A model generated the notes under the pieces. That model was not told where the DNA came from. It was given only the letters and a program-made list of their open reading frames with translations, and ran no database searches. Shown here in pieces: positions 56,641 to 64,000 of a stretch of DNA of 64,000 nt (positions are counted from its first letter, which is position 1; every line of letters begins with the position of its first letter). Source of the stretch: Thermoanaerobaculia bacterium (lineage in GTDB: Bacteria; Acidobacteriota; Thermoanaerobaculia; UBA5066); the NCBI GenBank assembly GCA_963816185.1, contig CAWFJJ010000024.1:640001-704000 (forward strand), written 5' to 3'. The translations under genes were made by a program, and so were the position numbers.

Positions 56641-58164
56641 ATGTTTCGCCGCTATCTCGCCCCGATCCTGAGGCTTCTCGCGTTTCTCGCCCTTCTCGCG
56701 TCGCCCCTCGTCCTCGCGGCGATCGCCCGCGCCGAGGAGCCGGAAGGAAAGGACCTCGTCGCGCTCCGCTCGCTCGTCCTCGGCGAGACGCCGATCGATC
56801 GCTTCGGGCGCGGCGGGCGCGTCGCGGCCAGCGCTCGGGTCCAGCTTCTGGAGCGCAACGGGAGTCGCGTTCTCGTCTCGGCTCCTGCCTGGGGCTCGGT
56901 CGCTGCGGCGCGCGGCTTTGCAGACTCCTCGGCGTTCTTCGTCCTCGACGATCCGCTGGAGCCGATCGACCGGCTCGTGACCAACGCGCGCCTCCTCCTC
57001 GAGGCCAACGATCGGCCGGTCCTCGCGGCTGCGTATCTTCACGAAGTCACTCGGCGCGATGCGGCGCATGTCGAGGCGTGGGAGCTCCTCGGCCGCGCCG
57101 GCGAGCTTCTCGCCGCGTCGGCACGGCGGGGTGAGGACGGGCGCGAGCCCGCGTCCGTCCTCCTCGCCCGGGTCTGGGGCGTGTCGCTCGTTCCGAAAGG
57201 CGACGGGAGCGGGTATCGATACGACGGCGCGGCCTACCGGCGCGTGATCGCCCTCGCTCCTCCCGCCGACGTGGCCGAGCGCGCCCGCCTGCGCCTCCTG
57301 ACCTCGTGCGGGCCGGTCGTGAATCCGCTGGCGCCGGCCGATGCCGACGCCGTCTCACGACGCGAGCGCGACCTGGCCGAGTTCCTCTCTTCGTTCCCGG
57401 CGTCGCCTCGGCGCGTGCAATTCCTCCTCGAGCGTGCGCGCCTCCTGTCGTGGCTGGCCGAGGGCGCCGCCCGGCGAGGGGACCGCGAGACCTCCGCCGG
57501 CTACCGCGACGCGGCGATCGAGGCCGCCTCGGAGGTCACGGCGACGACGCCCGATGCGGCGCGCCGCCGCGCGGCCGACCGCCTCGTGGCGCGTCTCACC
57601 AAATCGCTTCCGCGCAAGATCGTTTCCGACAAGGCCGTCGTCTCCGCTTCCGGCCTGCGCGCGCAGTTCGTCGCGAAGGGCGGCGTCACGGCGCTCGTGG
57701 TGACGCGGCCTGACGGCAGGGATGCGATCCAGCCCTATCCCGTCGTCGGCGCGGATCCGGCAAGCCTTGCGTTCGACTCCACGGGCCAGAAGCTCGTGTG
57801 GGACGAGGCGCCGGCGGCCGGCCACCGAAGGACGCGCCTCCTCGACATCGTCCGGGCGCGCGTGATCGAGCCGGCAGCGGCCGCCGAGCCCGAGCTCCTG
57901 TCGGCCGGCGCTCAGGGTCCCTCGAGCGGTCAGGGGCCGGGAGAAGACCGATACACGACGTCTCTCGGCTTCTCACCGGACGGCCGCCTCCTCCTCGTCG
58001 TCTGCGAGGGGTTCACACCCGAAGGCGTGCGGATTCCGAAGCGGCACGTCCTCTGCGACACGGATGGCGCGCGCCGGCCGGTCCTCGTGGATCGCCCGTA
58101 CTCGGCTCCGGGCGTCGTGGACTGGAATCGCCTGGAGCAGATGACCGGGCGGCTGAGCGGATAA
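56641..58164 (+). CDS. Exported hypothetical protein (helical TPR-like region plus beta-propeller-like C-terminus)
   Basis: RBS GGAGG, signal peptide ending ARA, FLSSFPASP, LAFDSTG and GFSPDGR motifs. Confidence 0.7.
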   Translation: MFRRYLAPILRLLAFLALLASPLVLAAIARAEEPEGKDLVALRSLVLGETPIDRFGRGGRVAASARVQLLERNGSRVLVSAPAWGSVAAARGFADSSAFFVLDDPLEPIDRLVTNARLLLEANDRPVLAAAYLHEVTRRDAAHVEAWELLGRAGELLAASARRGEDGREPASVLLARVWGVSLVPKGDGSGYRYDGAAYRRVIALAPPADVAERARLRLLTSCGPVVNPLAPADADAVSRRERDLAEFLSSFPASPRRVQFLLERARLLSWLAEGAARRGDRETSAGYRDAAIEAASEVTATTPDAARRRAADRLVARLTKSLPRKIVSDKAVVSASGLRAQFVAKGGVTALVVTRPDGRDAIQPYPVVGADPASLAFDSTGQKLVWDEAPAAGHRRTRLLDIVRARVIEPAAAAEPELLSAGAQGPSSGQGPGEDRYTTSLGFSPDGRLLLVVCEGFTPEGVRIPKRHVLCDTDGARRPVLVDRPYSAPGVVDWNRLEQMTGRLSG

Positions 58165-58173
58165 TCGCGGCGG

Positions 58174-58698
58174 ATGACGATCACGCTGAAGGAGAACGAA
58201 GACCGGAGGCTGCGGCGAAAATCCGCAGCCTTTCGCTTGAAGCACGATGTCGGAAAAGCGCTCCGCTGGAGCGCGCCGGAAGACAGGGAAAAGGACGCCG
58301 AGGCTCTGCGCGCGCGGCTTGCAGCCGACCTCCTGCCGCGCGCGAGCGGCGGCGGCGCGAATCGTGACGTCCTGGAAACTTTCTTCGAATGGAAGAGGGA
58401 AGAGGGGCCGTTGTTTGCGAGCGGCGATCCGGATCTGGAAGCGGTCGAGCGGGCCATGACGACGGTGGGTCGCCTCGTCCCCCGACTCGCCTCCCCCCTC
58501 TTTCCATTCAAAGAATCCTCCTCTTCTCTTTCCGAATCTTCTCTTTCCGAAAACAAGTCCCTTCCTCTCTCCGAGCCTTCCCTCGTTTCCCTCGACGAAG
58601 CCTGTCTCGAGGCGTCGCGTGCCTGCACGGCGTTCTACCGCCGCGTCGCTCTCGACGACGGGCCGGAGATCGTGCGGCCTCTCGGAGAGCGCCGGTGA
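58174..58698 (+). CDS. Small hypothetical protein with H-box-like motif (possible phosphotransfer protein)
   Basis: FRLKHDVGKAL near the N-terminus; GTGA overlap with the next gene; Ser-rich low-complexity patch. Confidence 0.55.
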   Translation: MTITLKENEDRRLRRKSAAFRLKHDVGKALRWSAPEDREKDAEALRARLAADLLPRASGGGANRDVLETFFEWKREEGPLFASGDPDLEAVERAMTTVGRLVPRLASPLFPFKESSSSLSESSLSENKSLPLSEPSLVSLDEACLEASRACTAFYRRVALDDGPEIVRPLGERR

Positions 58699-60344
58699 CG
58701 GCCCGTGGCCCGCGCGTTCTCGTCGTCGACGATCAGCCCAAGACCGCCGAGTTCCTGCGGCGTCACGCGCCGGATCTGGTCTTGCTCGGCCCTTCGGCGG
58801 AGAAAGCCTGGGCGGGAAGCTGGCCGGAAGCCGAGGCGGCGCTTGCGCGTGCTGGGCGAATTCCGGATCTCGTCGTTCTCGATCTGAGATTCGACATTTC
58901 CGACGAGGATCTCCTGCCCGACAGGCGTCCTCTCGGCGAGTCGGCGGCGGGGAAGAGGGACCGGCGGGATCGGCGGGACCGGCAGGGCCTGTTCATCCTG
59001 GAACGCCTGCGCCACCGCGAGAGGGATCTGCCCGTCGTCCTGACGACGGCACACGAGGAGATCCCGTTCGAGGACGAGGCCCGCCGCCTTCGCGCCGACG
59101 CGTTCACGTACACGGTGGGCGAGGACGAGGCGACGGGCGAGGGGCTCGTCCGCCTCGTGCGCCGCGTTCTCGCGGAGAGCGAATCGCCTCTGTCGACGGG
59201 AAGGTTCTTCTGGGGCCGCGGTGCCGCGATGAGGGACCTGCGCCGCCGGATCGCGTCCCTGGCGCCCACGCCGCTGCCGCTCCTCCTCACGGGACCGACG
59301 GGTTCGGGCAAGAACTTCCTCGTGAAAGAGGTGATCCACCCCCTCTCGTCGCGCAAAGGGCCCCTCGTCTCCTTCGATTGCGCGACGGTGCCGGAGACGC
59401 TCCTGCAAGCCGCGCTCTTCGGCTCGGTGCGCGGTTCATACACGGGCTCGGTCGCGGACCGGGCGGGGGTCTTCGAGGCCGCGGCGGGCGGGACTCTCTT
59501 TCTCGACGAGATCGAGAACCTGTCTTCCGATGCCCAGAAAGCTCTTCTGACGGCGCTCAACGACGGCGTCGTGCGGCGGGTCGGGGCCACGGCCGCCGTG
59601 CCGCACACGGCGAGGATCGTGGCCGCGTCCAACGCGGACCTCAGGAAGCGCGTTCAGGACGGGCTCTTTCGCGCGGATCTTCTGATGCGCCTCAACCCCG
59701 CGCTTGCGCTCGAGCTGCCGCCGCTGTCCGCGCGGCGCGAGGACCTCGAGGACCTCGCCGACGACTTCGCGGCGACGTTCTTCTCGGACGCGGTTCATCG
59801 TCAGGAGATCGCCGTGCAGGTGCGTGCGGCCGGAGGAGCGGAGCCGGACCGGGAAGATACGTTCGAGCTCGCGCGGGGAGAGGAAGAGGTCGCGCGGAGC
59901 CGGGCCCCGGTCGTCTTCGCCCTCCCGCGCAAGGGCTGGCAGGCGATCGCCCGTCATCCGTGGCCCGGAAACGTGCGGCAATTCGCGATGGTCCTCGCAG
60001 ACCTTCTCGCGGCCACCCTGTACGGCCGAACGGCCGCCACGAAGGATCGGACGGGCCGCGTCGTCTTCACGATGGATCCGCGGCTGCTCTTCGATCTGCT
60101 GGCCGAGGCGCGCCAGGAGGACGTGCCTTCGGCCGGCGAGGTCCTCTCTCTTCCGCGTCCGAAAGTGGAAAGCGTCGAGGGTTTCCGGCGCGAGCTCGAG
60201 CGCTCCGCCTTCCGGCAGGTGTTTCGCGAGTGCGAGGGCGACTTCGCGCGCATGGCCGAGCGCATGACGGGATCGGCGGCCGACGAACGGGCGGTGCGTC
60301 TGCGTTTCAACAAGCTCGGTCTCTCGGCTCGCCGTGGGGCGTGA
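58695..60344 (+). CDS. REC plus sigma54-type AAA+ plus HTH transcriptional activator (NtrC-like, divergent)
   Basis: VLVVDD, VVLDL; GPTGSGKN, LFGSVRGSYTGS, LFLDEI, FRADL.MRL, WPGNVRQ; C-terminal Fis-like helices. Confidence 0.85.
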   Translation: MTARGPRVLVVDDQPKTAEFLRRHAPDLVLLGPSAEKAWAGSWPEAEAALARAGRIPDLVVLDLRFDISDEDLLPDRRPLGESAAGKRDRRDRRDRQGLFILERLRHRERDLPVVLTTAHEEIPFEDEARRLRADAFTYTVGEDEATGEGLVRLVRRVLAESESPLSTGRFFWGRGAAMRDLRRRIASLAPTPLPLLLTGPTGSGKNFLVKEVIHPLSSRKGPLVSFDCATVPETLLQAALFGSVRGSYTGSVADRAGVFEAAAGGTLFLDEIENLSSDAQKALLTALNDGVVRRVGATAAVPHTARIVAASNADLRKRVQDGLFRADLLMRLNPALALELPPLSARREDLEDLADDFAATFFSDAVHRQEIAVQVRAAGGAEPDREDTFELARGEEEVARSRAPVVFALPRKGWQAIARHPWPGNVRQFAMVLADLLAATLYGRTAATKDRTGRVVFTMDPRLLFDLLAEARQEDVPSAGEVLSLPRPKVESVEGFRRELERSAFRQVFRECEGDFARMAERMTGSAADERAVRLRFNKLGLSARRGA

Positions 60345-62848
60345 GCGTGCTGCTGGCGATCCTGCCGGTCCTCCTTGCCATCGCTCCGGGGCCGGAGACG
60401 GATTGCGCCGAGGATCCCGCGACTCTCGCGAGCCAGGCCGAAAAGCTCGTCGCGGACGGAACACCGCTCCCGGAAGACCTCGCTCAGGCTCGGAATTTGG
60501 TCCGGCGCGCACGTCTCGCGTCGCCCTCGCTCGCTCTCGCCCTGCGCGGCGCGGACCTCGCGGCCGCCGCGGGAGACACGGACGACGAGGCACGCCTCCT
60601 CGAGATTGCGGCGAGGGACGCTCCGGAGCTCCTCTCGCCGGCCGAACGCCTCGTGCTCGCGCGGCAAGCCGAGGCGCGAGGGGACCGGCGCGGCGCGATT
60701 CTCCAGTACGGGCACGTCCTGGCCGCGCTTCAAAGGCGCGGGCGGTCGGGCGCGGACTGGATCGGCGAAAACATCCGGCGACTGGACGCCGAGGACGAAG
60801 CCCGAAGGCTCCCGGCTCGCCCCGGATTCGCTCCCCCCTCCGTGGACGCCCGCCGCGCCTTCGCCGACGGCAAGACGGCTCTGAGGCGCGGGGCGAACGA
60901 GCCGGCGCGCGAGGCGTTCCGGAAGGCGCTCCGGCTCTCGCCCGGATACTCCGAGGCCGCGCTCGCGCTCGGAAGCGTCGAGGAACGGAACGGACGGACG
61001 GCCGAGGCGGCGGCGGCGTACCGGACGGCGCTCGCGGCGGAGCCGGACGGCTTCGAAGCTCTCGTGGCCCTTTCGAATCTGCTCTGGAACGAGCCCGACC
61101 GCTCCGCGAAGGAGGAGTCGCTCGCGCTTCTCGACCGCGCCGTCGCGCTCCGTCCTGATCTCCCGCGCCTCCAGCGCGAGGCGGCAGACCGCTGGGCGGC
61201 CTGGGGCGACCCGGCGCGCGCCCTCGAACGGCTCGACGGGTGGTGGGCGCTCGCCTCGCCCGGCGAACGAGCGCAAGCCGCCGGCTTCCGGGAGCGCTTG
61301 CACGCGGGCCTCGCGCGGACGGCGGGCCCCGAGCCGGTCGTTCTCGGATCGGATCCGGCCTCTCCCGCGGTGGGAGCATTCCGCCTCGCGCAGGTTTACG
61401 CGAGCCGGTCCGACGTGCGCGACTGGGACGCGGCCGAGTCCGAGCTTGCCGAGGCCGAGCGCCTGGACCCCGGCTTCGTCCCGGCTCTCGAGCTGCGCGC
61501 CGCCCTGCGCGAGCGTCGGGAAGATCTGGCGGGCGCCGAGCAGATCCTCAAGCGCGCCGTTGCCATCGACCCTTCGCGCGCGATCGCGTGGGAGCGGCTG
61601 GCCGAGCTTCTGGGCCGGCAGGCAGGCCGGGAGCGCGACGTCGAGATCGCCTGGGAGCACGCGGATCAGGCCGGCTCTCGCGAGGCTCTCTTCGCGCTCG
61701 CCCGCATCGCGTCGAGCGAAGGGCGTTCGTCGCGCGCCGTAGCTCTTTACCGGCGCTACCTCTCGGAAGCGGCGGGAGGCGTTCATGCCGAGGAGGCGCA
61801 AGCAGGGCTCGAGCGCGAAGAGAGGCGGCAGGGAACGCTGCGCGGCGCCACGCTCGGCGCCGCCTTGTGCGTCCTCCTGGCGGGCGGTCTTTCCTGGGCG
61901 AGGAGGCGCGTGGGCCTCACGCTCGAGGAGTGGCTGAAGCGCGACCCCGGCGCGACGCGTGACGCACGTTCCGTGGCGGGTCGCCTTTCTCACGAGGCGT
62001 TCAAGCACGGCGGCCTGCTTCTCGGCGAGGCGGTGGAACGCCTGGGCCCGCACGAGGGGCTCGCCGAGGCTGCGCCGCTCCTCGTCGAACGTCTTTACGG
62101 GAGCTCGGGCGCTCCCGGGCTCGTCGCCGAAGGACGAAGGGCTCTTTCCGATCTCGAGTCGTTGGCACGCCGCCGTGGAGCGCGCCTGAACCTGCGATTC
62201 AAGGATCCGCTTTTTTCCCGGGTCTTCCGTTCGCTCGAGGCCCTCGAGAAGGCGGCCGGCGATCTCGCGCGCCTCGCCGAGAGTGGCTCGCTGCCGCCGC
62301 GCCGACTCGCCAGGCTGAGCCGGGAAATTCGCGAGGCCGCTTCGGCGCTCAACCCGCGGACCGCGCAGCTCTTGACGGCAACCCTCGATGCGGCGGGCTC
62401 CACAGAAGCTCGCTTCGAGCGGCTCGCGTCGATTCTCGCGAGCGTCGCGCGCGAAAACGACGCGGCGGTGCCGCCGCTCGCGGGGCTGGGTCTTTTCGGG
62501 GAGGTGGCCGACAGAAATTACGTCCGCGTCCGGATCCCGGAGGGAGACTGGGCCACCCTCTGGCGGAATCTCTTCGCGAACGCCCTGCGCGCTCCGCGCC
62601 TTGCGCTCCTCGCCGAGGAGCGGCGCGACCCGGTGACCGGCCAGGCCCTCGCGCGGTTCGTGCTCTTCGACGGCGATCCGAGGCTCTTGACCGCAGAGAT
62701 GATCCGGGGGCGAGCCGCGGAGCGGGGCCTCGGAATCGTCGCGGACCTGGTCCGGCGATGGGACGGCCTCGTGGACGTGACGCCGGGAACGGGGGACTTC
62801 ACGAAGGGCGTCGCGGTGGAGTTCGCGGCCGTGGAGGAGGCCGCATGA
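60341..62848 (+). CDS. Exported-TPR, single-TM atypical histidine kinase
   Basis: Signal peptide, multiple TPRs, TM ATLGAALCVLLAGGLSW, H-box LSHEAFKH, N-box RNLFANAL, FDGDP, G2-like RGLGIV; GTGA coupling. Confidence 0.7.
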   Translation: MSVLLAILPVLLAIAPGPETDCAEDPATLASQAEKLVADGTPLPEDLAQARNLVRRARLASPSLALALRGADLAAAAGDTDDEARLLEIAARDAPELLSPAERLVLARQAEARGDRRGAILQYGHVLAALQRRGRSGADWIGENIRRLDAEDEARRLPARPGFAPPSVDARRAFADGKTALRRGANEPAREAFRKALRLSPGYSEAALALGSVEERNGRTAEAAAAYRTALAAEPDGFEALVALSNLLWNEPDRSAKEESLALLDRAVALRPDLPRLQREAADRWAAWGDPARALERLDGWWALASPGERAQAAGFRERLHAGLARTAGPEPVVLGSDPASPAVGAFRLAQVYASRSDVRDWDAAESELAEAERLDPGFVPALELRAALRERREDLAGAEQILKRAVAIDPSRAIAWERLAELLGRQAGRERDVEIAWEHADQAGSREALFALARIASSEGRSSRAVALYRRYLSEAAGGVHAEEAQAGLEREERRQGTLRGATLGAALCVLLAGGLSWARRRVGLTLEEWLKRDPGATRDARSVAGRLSHEAFKHGGLLLGEAVERLGPHEGLAEAAPLLVERLYGSSGAPGLVAEGRRALSDLESLARRRGARLNLRFKDPLFSRVFRSLEALEKAAGDLARLAESGSLPPRRLARLSREIREAASALNPRTAQLLTATLDAAGSTEARFERLASILASVARENDAAVPPLAGLGLFGEVADRNYVRVRIPEGDWATLWRNLFANALRAPRLALLAEERRDPVTGQALARFVLFDGDPRLLTAEMIRGRAAERGLGIVADLVRRWDGLVDVTPGTGDFTKGVAVEFAAVEEAA

Positions 62849-63309
62849 CGGCACGGCGCAAGGTCCTCGTCGTGGAGGACGGTACGGAATACGTGGAAGG
62901 CTTCGAGCGCCTCACGGCCGCACGGAACCTCGACGTCCTCTTCGCGCGGGCGAAAGACCTCGAGTCGGCCCGCGCGGCTCTCGCGGGGGAGCGGCCCGGG
63001 GCCGTCTTTCTCGACGTCGTCTTCGACCGCGCTCCGGAGGCCTCTCTCGCGGGAGACGCTGAGTCGCTCGTCGCGCGGTTCGGCGGGGACCGTGCGCGCG
63101 CCCTCCGCCATCTCGCGACGCACCAGGGCTTCTACATCCTCGACGCCCTCGCGCCGATGCTCGAAGAGCTGCCGGTCATCCTCGCGTACGACTTCGCAGT
63201 CGAGCCGCAGCGGCTCGAAGCGCTGCGGCGTCGGGTGCCCCGGCTTTCGGGGCTGCAAGACGGCGCGTCGATCTCACAGGCGCTCGAGATGATGCTGACA
63301 AGCTCGTGA
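62845..63309 (+). CDS. Single-domain atypical response regulator (REC)
   Basis: KVLVVEDG, VFLDVVF, QGFYILDAL, LPVIL; ATGA coupling and RBS GGAGGAGG. Confidence 0.7.
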   Translation: MTARRKVLVVEDGTEYVEGFERLTAARNLDVLFARAKDLESARAALAGERPGAVFLDVVFDRAPEASLAGDAESLVARFGGDRARALRHLATHQGFYILDALAPMLEELPVILAYDFAVEPQRLEALRRRVPRLSGLQDGASISQALEMMLTSS

Positions 63310-63425
63310 GCCGCGCGCGACACCATGGCAGTCCTTCTTCCCGGTCTCTACCAACGCGCACGGGACCCGACCGCGTGCCGCTGCGGACGCTGCGCTGCCC
63401 GACCTGAGATACGCTCTCCGACCGC

Positions 63426-63788
63426 ATGAATTCGAGACCGGAAGCCCGTGTTCGCCTCGTGACCCGCGCAATCCTGGCGGTCGGGTTCGCCAGCGCGGTC
63501 GTGATCTACCTCGTCAACGCCACGCCCCCCGACGCGGCGGACTTTGAATTCGAGAATTCCAAGAAGTACCTTCGCGAACTGGAGGTCTACGGCGGCAAGG
63601 CGAACGTCATGGCCACGCAGTTCCGGCACTGGTTCGACGGACTGTGGCACGGCAGATCCCTCGCTTTCACGGTTGCCGTTATTGCCGTCCTCCTGGCTCT
63701 GGTCTACAACTTCTTCGCCACGCCCCTGCCGCCCGCCCTCGAGGGCGACGCGGGGCGTGAAGCGAACGGGAGCGGACGCGGCGCATGA
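63426..63788 (+). CDS. Small two-TM hypothetical membrane protein
   Basis: Two hydrophobic helices around SKKYLRELEVYGGKANV; normal codon usage. Confidence 0.7.
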   Translation: MNSRPEARVRLVTRAILAVGFASAVVIYLVNATPPDAADFEFENSKKYLRELEVYGGKANVMATQFRHWFDGLWHGRSLAFTVAVIAVLLALVYNFFATPLPPALEGDAGREANGSGRGA

Positions 63789-63814
63789 CGGTCCGCGATG
63801 ACGATCATCGCGGC

Positions 63815-64000
63815 ATGCATCCCCGCGCCAGCGAGCTCGTCGCACGACTGAACCTCGCTCCCCATTCCGAGGGTGGCTATTTCACGCGTGCCTTCCGCTC
63901 AGAGGCAATCGTATTCCCATCCGATTCCCGGGGGGCGCGCTCAGCGCTCAGCGTGATCTACTTTCTTCTCGTCGCCGGTACGCCGAGTCGCTGGCATCGC
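63815..64000 (+). CDS. Cupin DUF985 family protein, truncated by the window edge
   Basis: MHPRASELVARLNLAPHSEGGYF...RSALSVIYFLL...SRWHR. Confidence 0.85.
   Translation, partial: MHPRASELVARLNLAPHSEGGYFTRAFRSEAIVFPSDSRGARSALSVIYFLLVAGTPSRWHR

Noticed and set aside
58619-60340. N-terminal 574 aa of the 1409-aa ORF, suggesting a giant fusion protein
   Set aside because: Out-of-frame overlap with the activator gene; the credible start is GTG 60341 with a signal peptide
63310-63425. GGTCTCTACC resembling a purine riboswitch core
   Set aside because: The flanking P1-P3 stems and conserved loops are absent

Overview
GC-rich (roughly 68-70% by eye), gene-dense bacterial chromosomal segment with about 60 CDSs. 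Gene content (Ser/Thr kinase-TPR proteins, wHTH-FHA regulator, ECF-kinase pair, secreted beta-rich proteins) suggests Acidobacteriota, possibly Thermoanaerobaculia; this is inference. I saw no rRNA, tRNA, CRISPR array, transposase or phage genes. Recognisable blocks: redox enzymes, chrB-DUF1259, an ECF42-type sigma locus with its DGPF gene and a matching promoter, an acyl-CoA dehydratase activase, an ACAD-phosphotransferase pair, a sugar ABC transporter, a radical SAM enzyme, queD-surE-pcm-acyP-EAL, ygfZ, NYN, Nudix and a transglutaminase-like protein. Main candidate for an undescribed system (54.1-63.3 kb): an SPFH gene flanked by two paralogous exported proteins, followed by four translationally coupled genes encoding a small H-box protein, a REC-AAA+ activator with GSYTGS in place of GAFTGA, an exported-TPR atypical histidine kinase and a stand-alone REC protein; both REC domains carry a long insertion at the same position. 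Second candidate: a dispersed AT-rich palindromic element with a TTCTWAGAA core, found between genes and inside coding frames. Also present: an ECF sigma-kinase in-frame fusion, a sucrose-phosphate synthase remnant, a palindrome-centred micro-inversion in an MFS pseudogene, and an exported glutamate-racemase-like enzyme. All family calls come from motif recognition by eye, not database searches.
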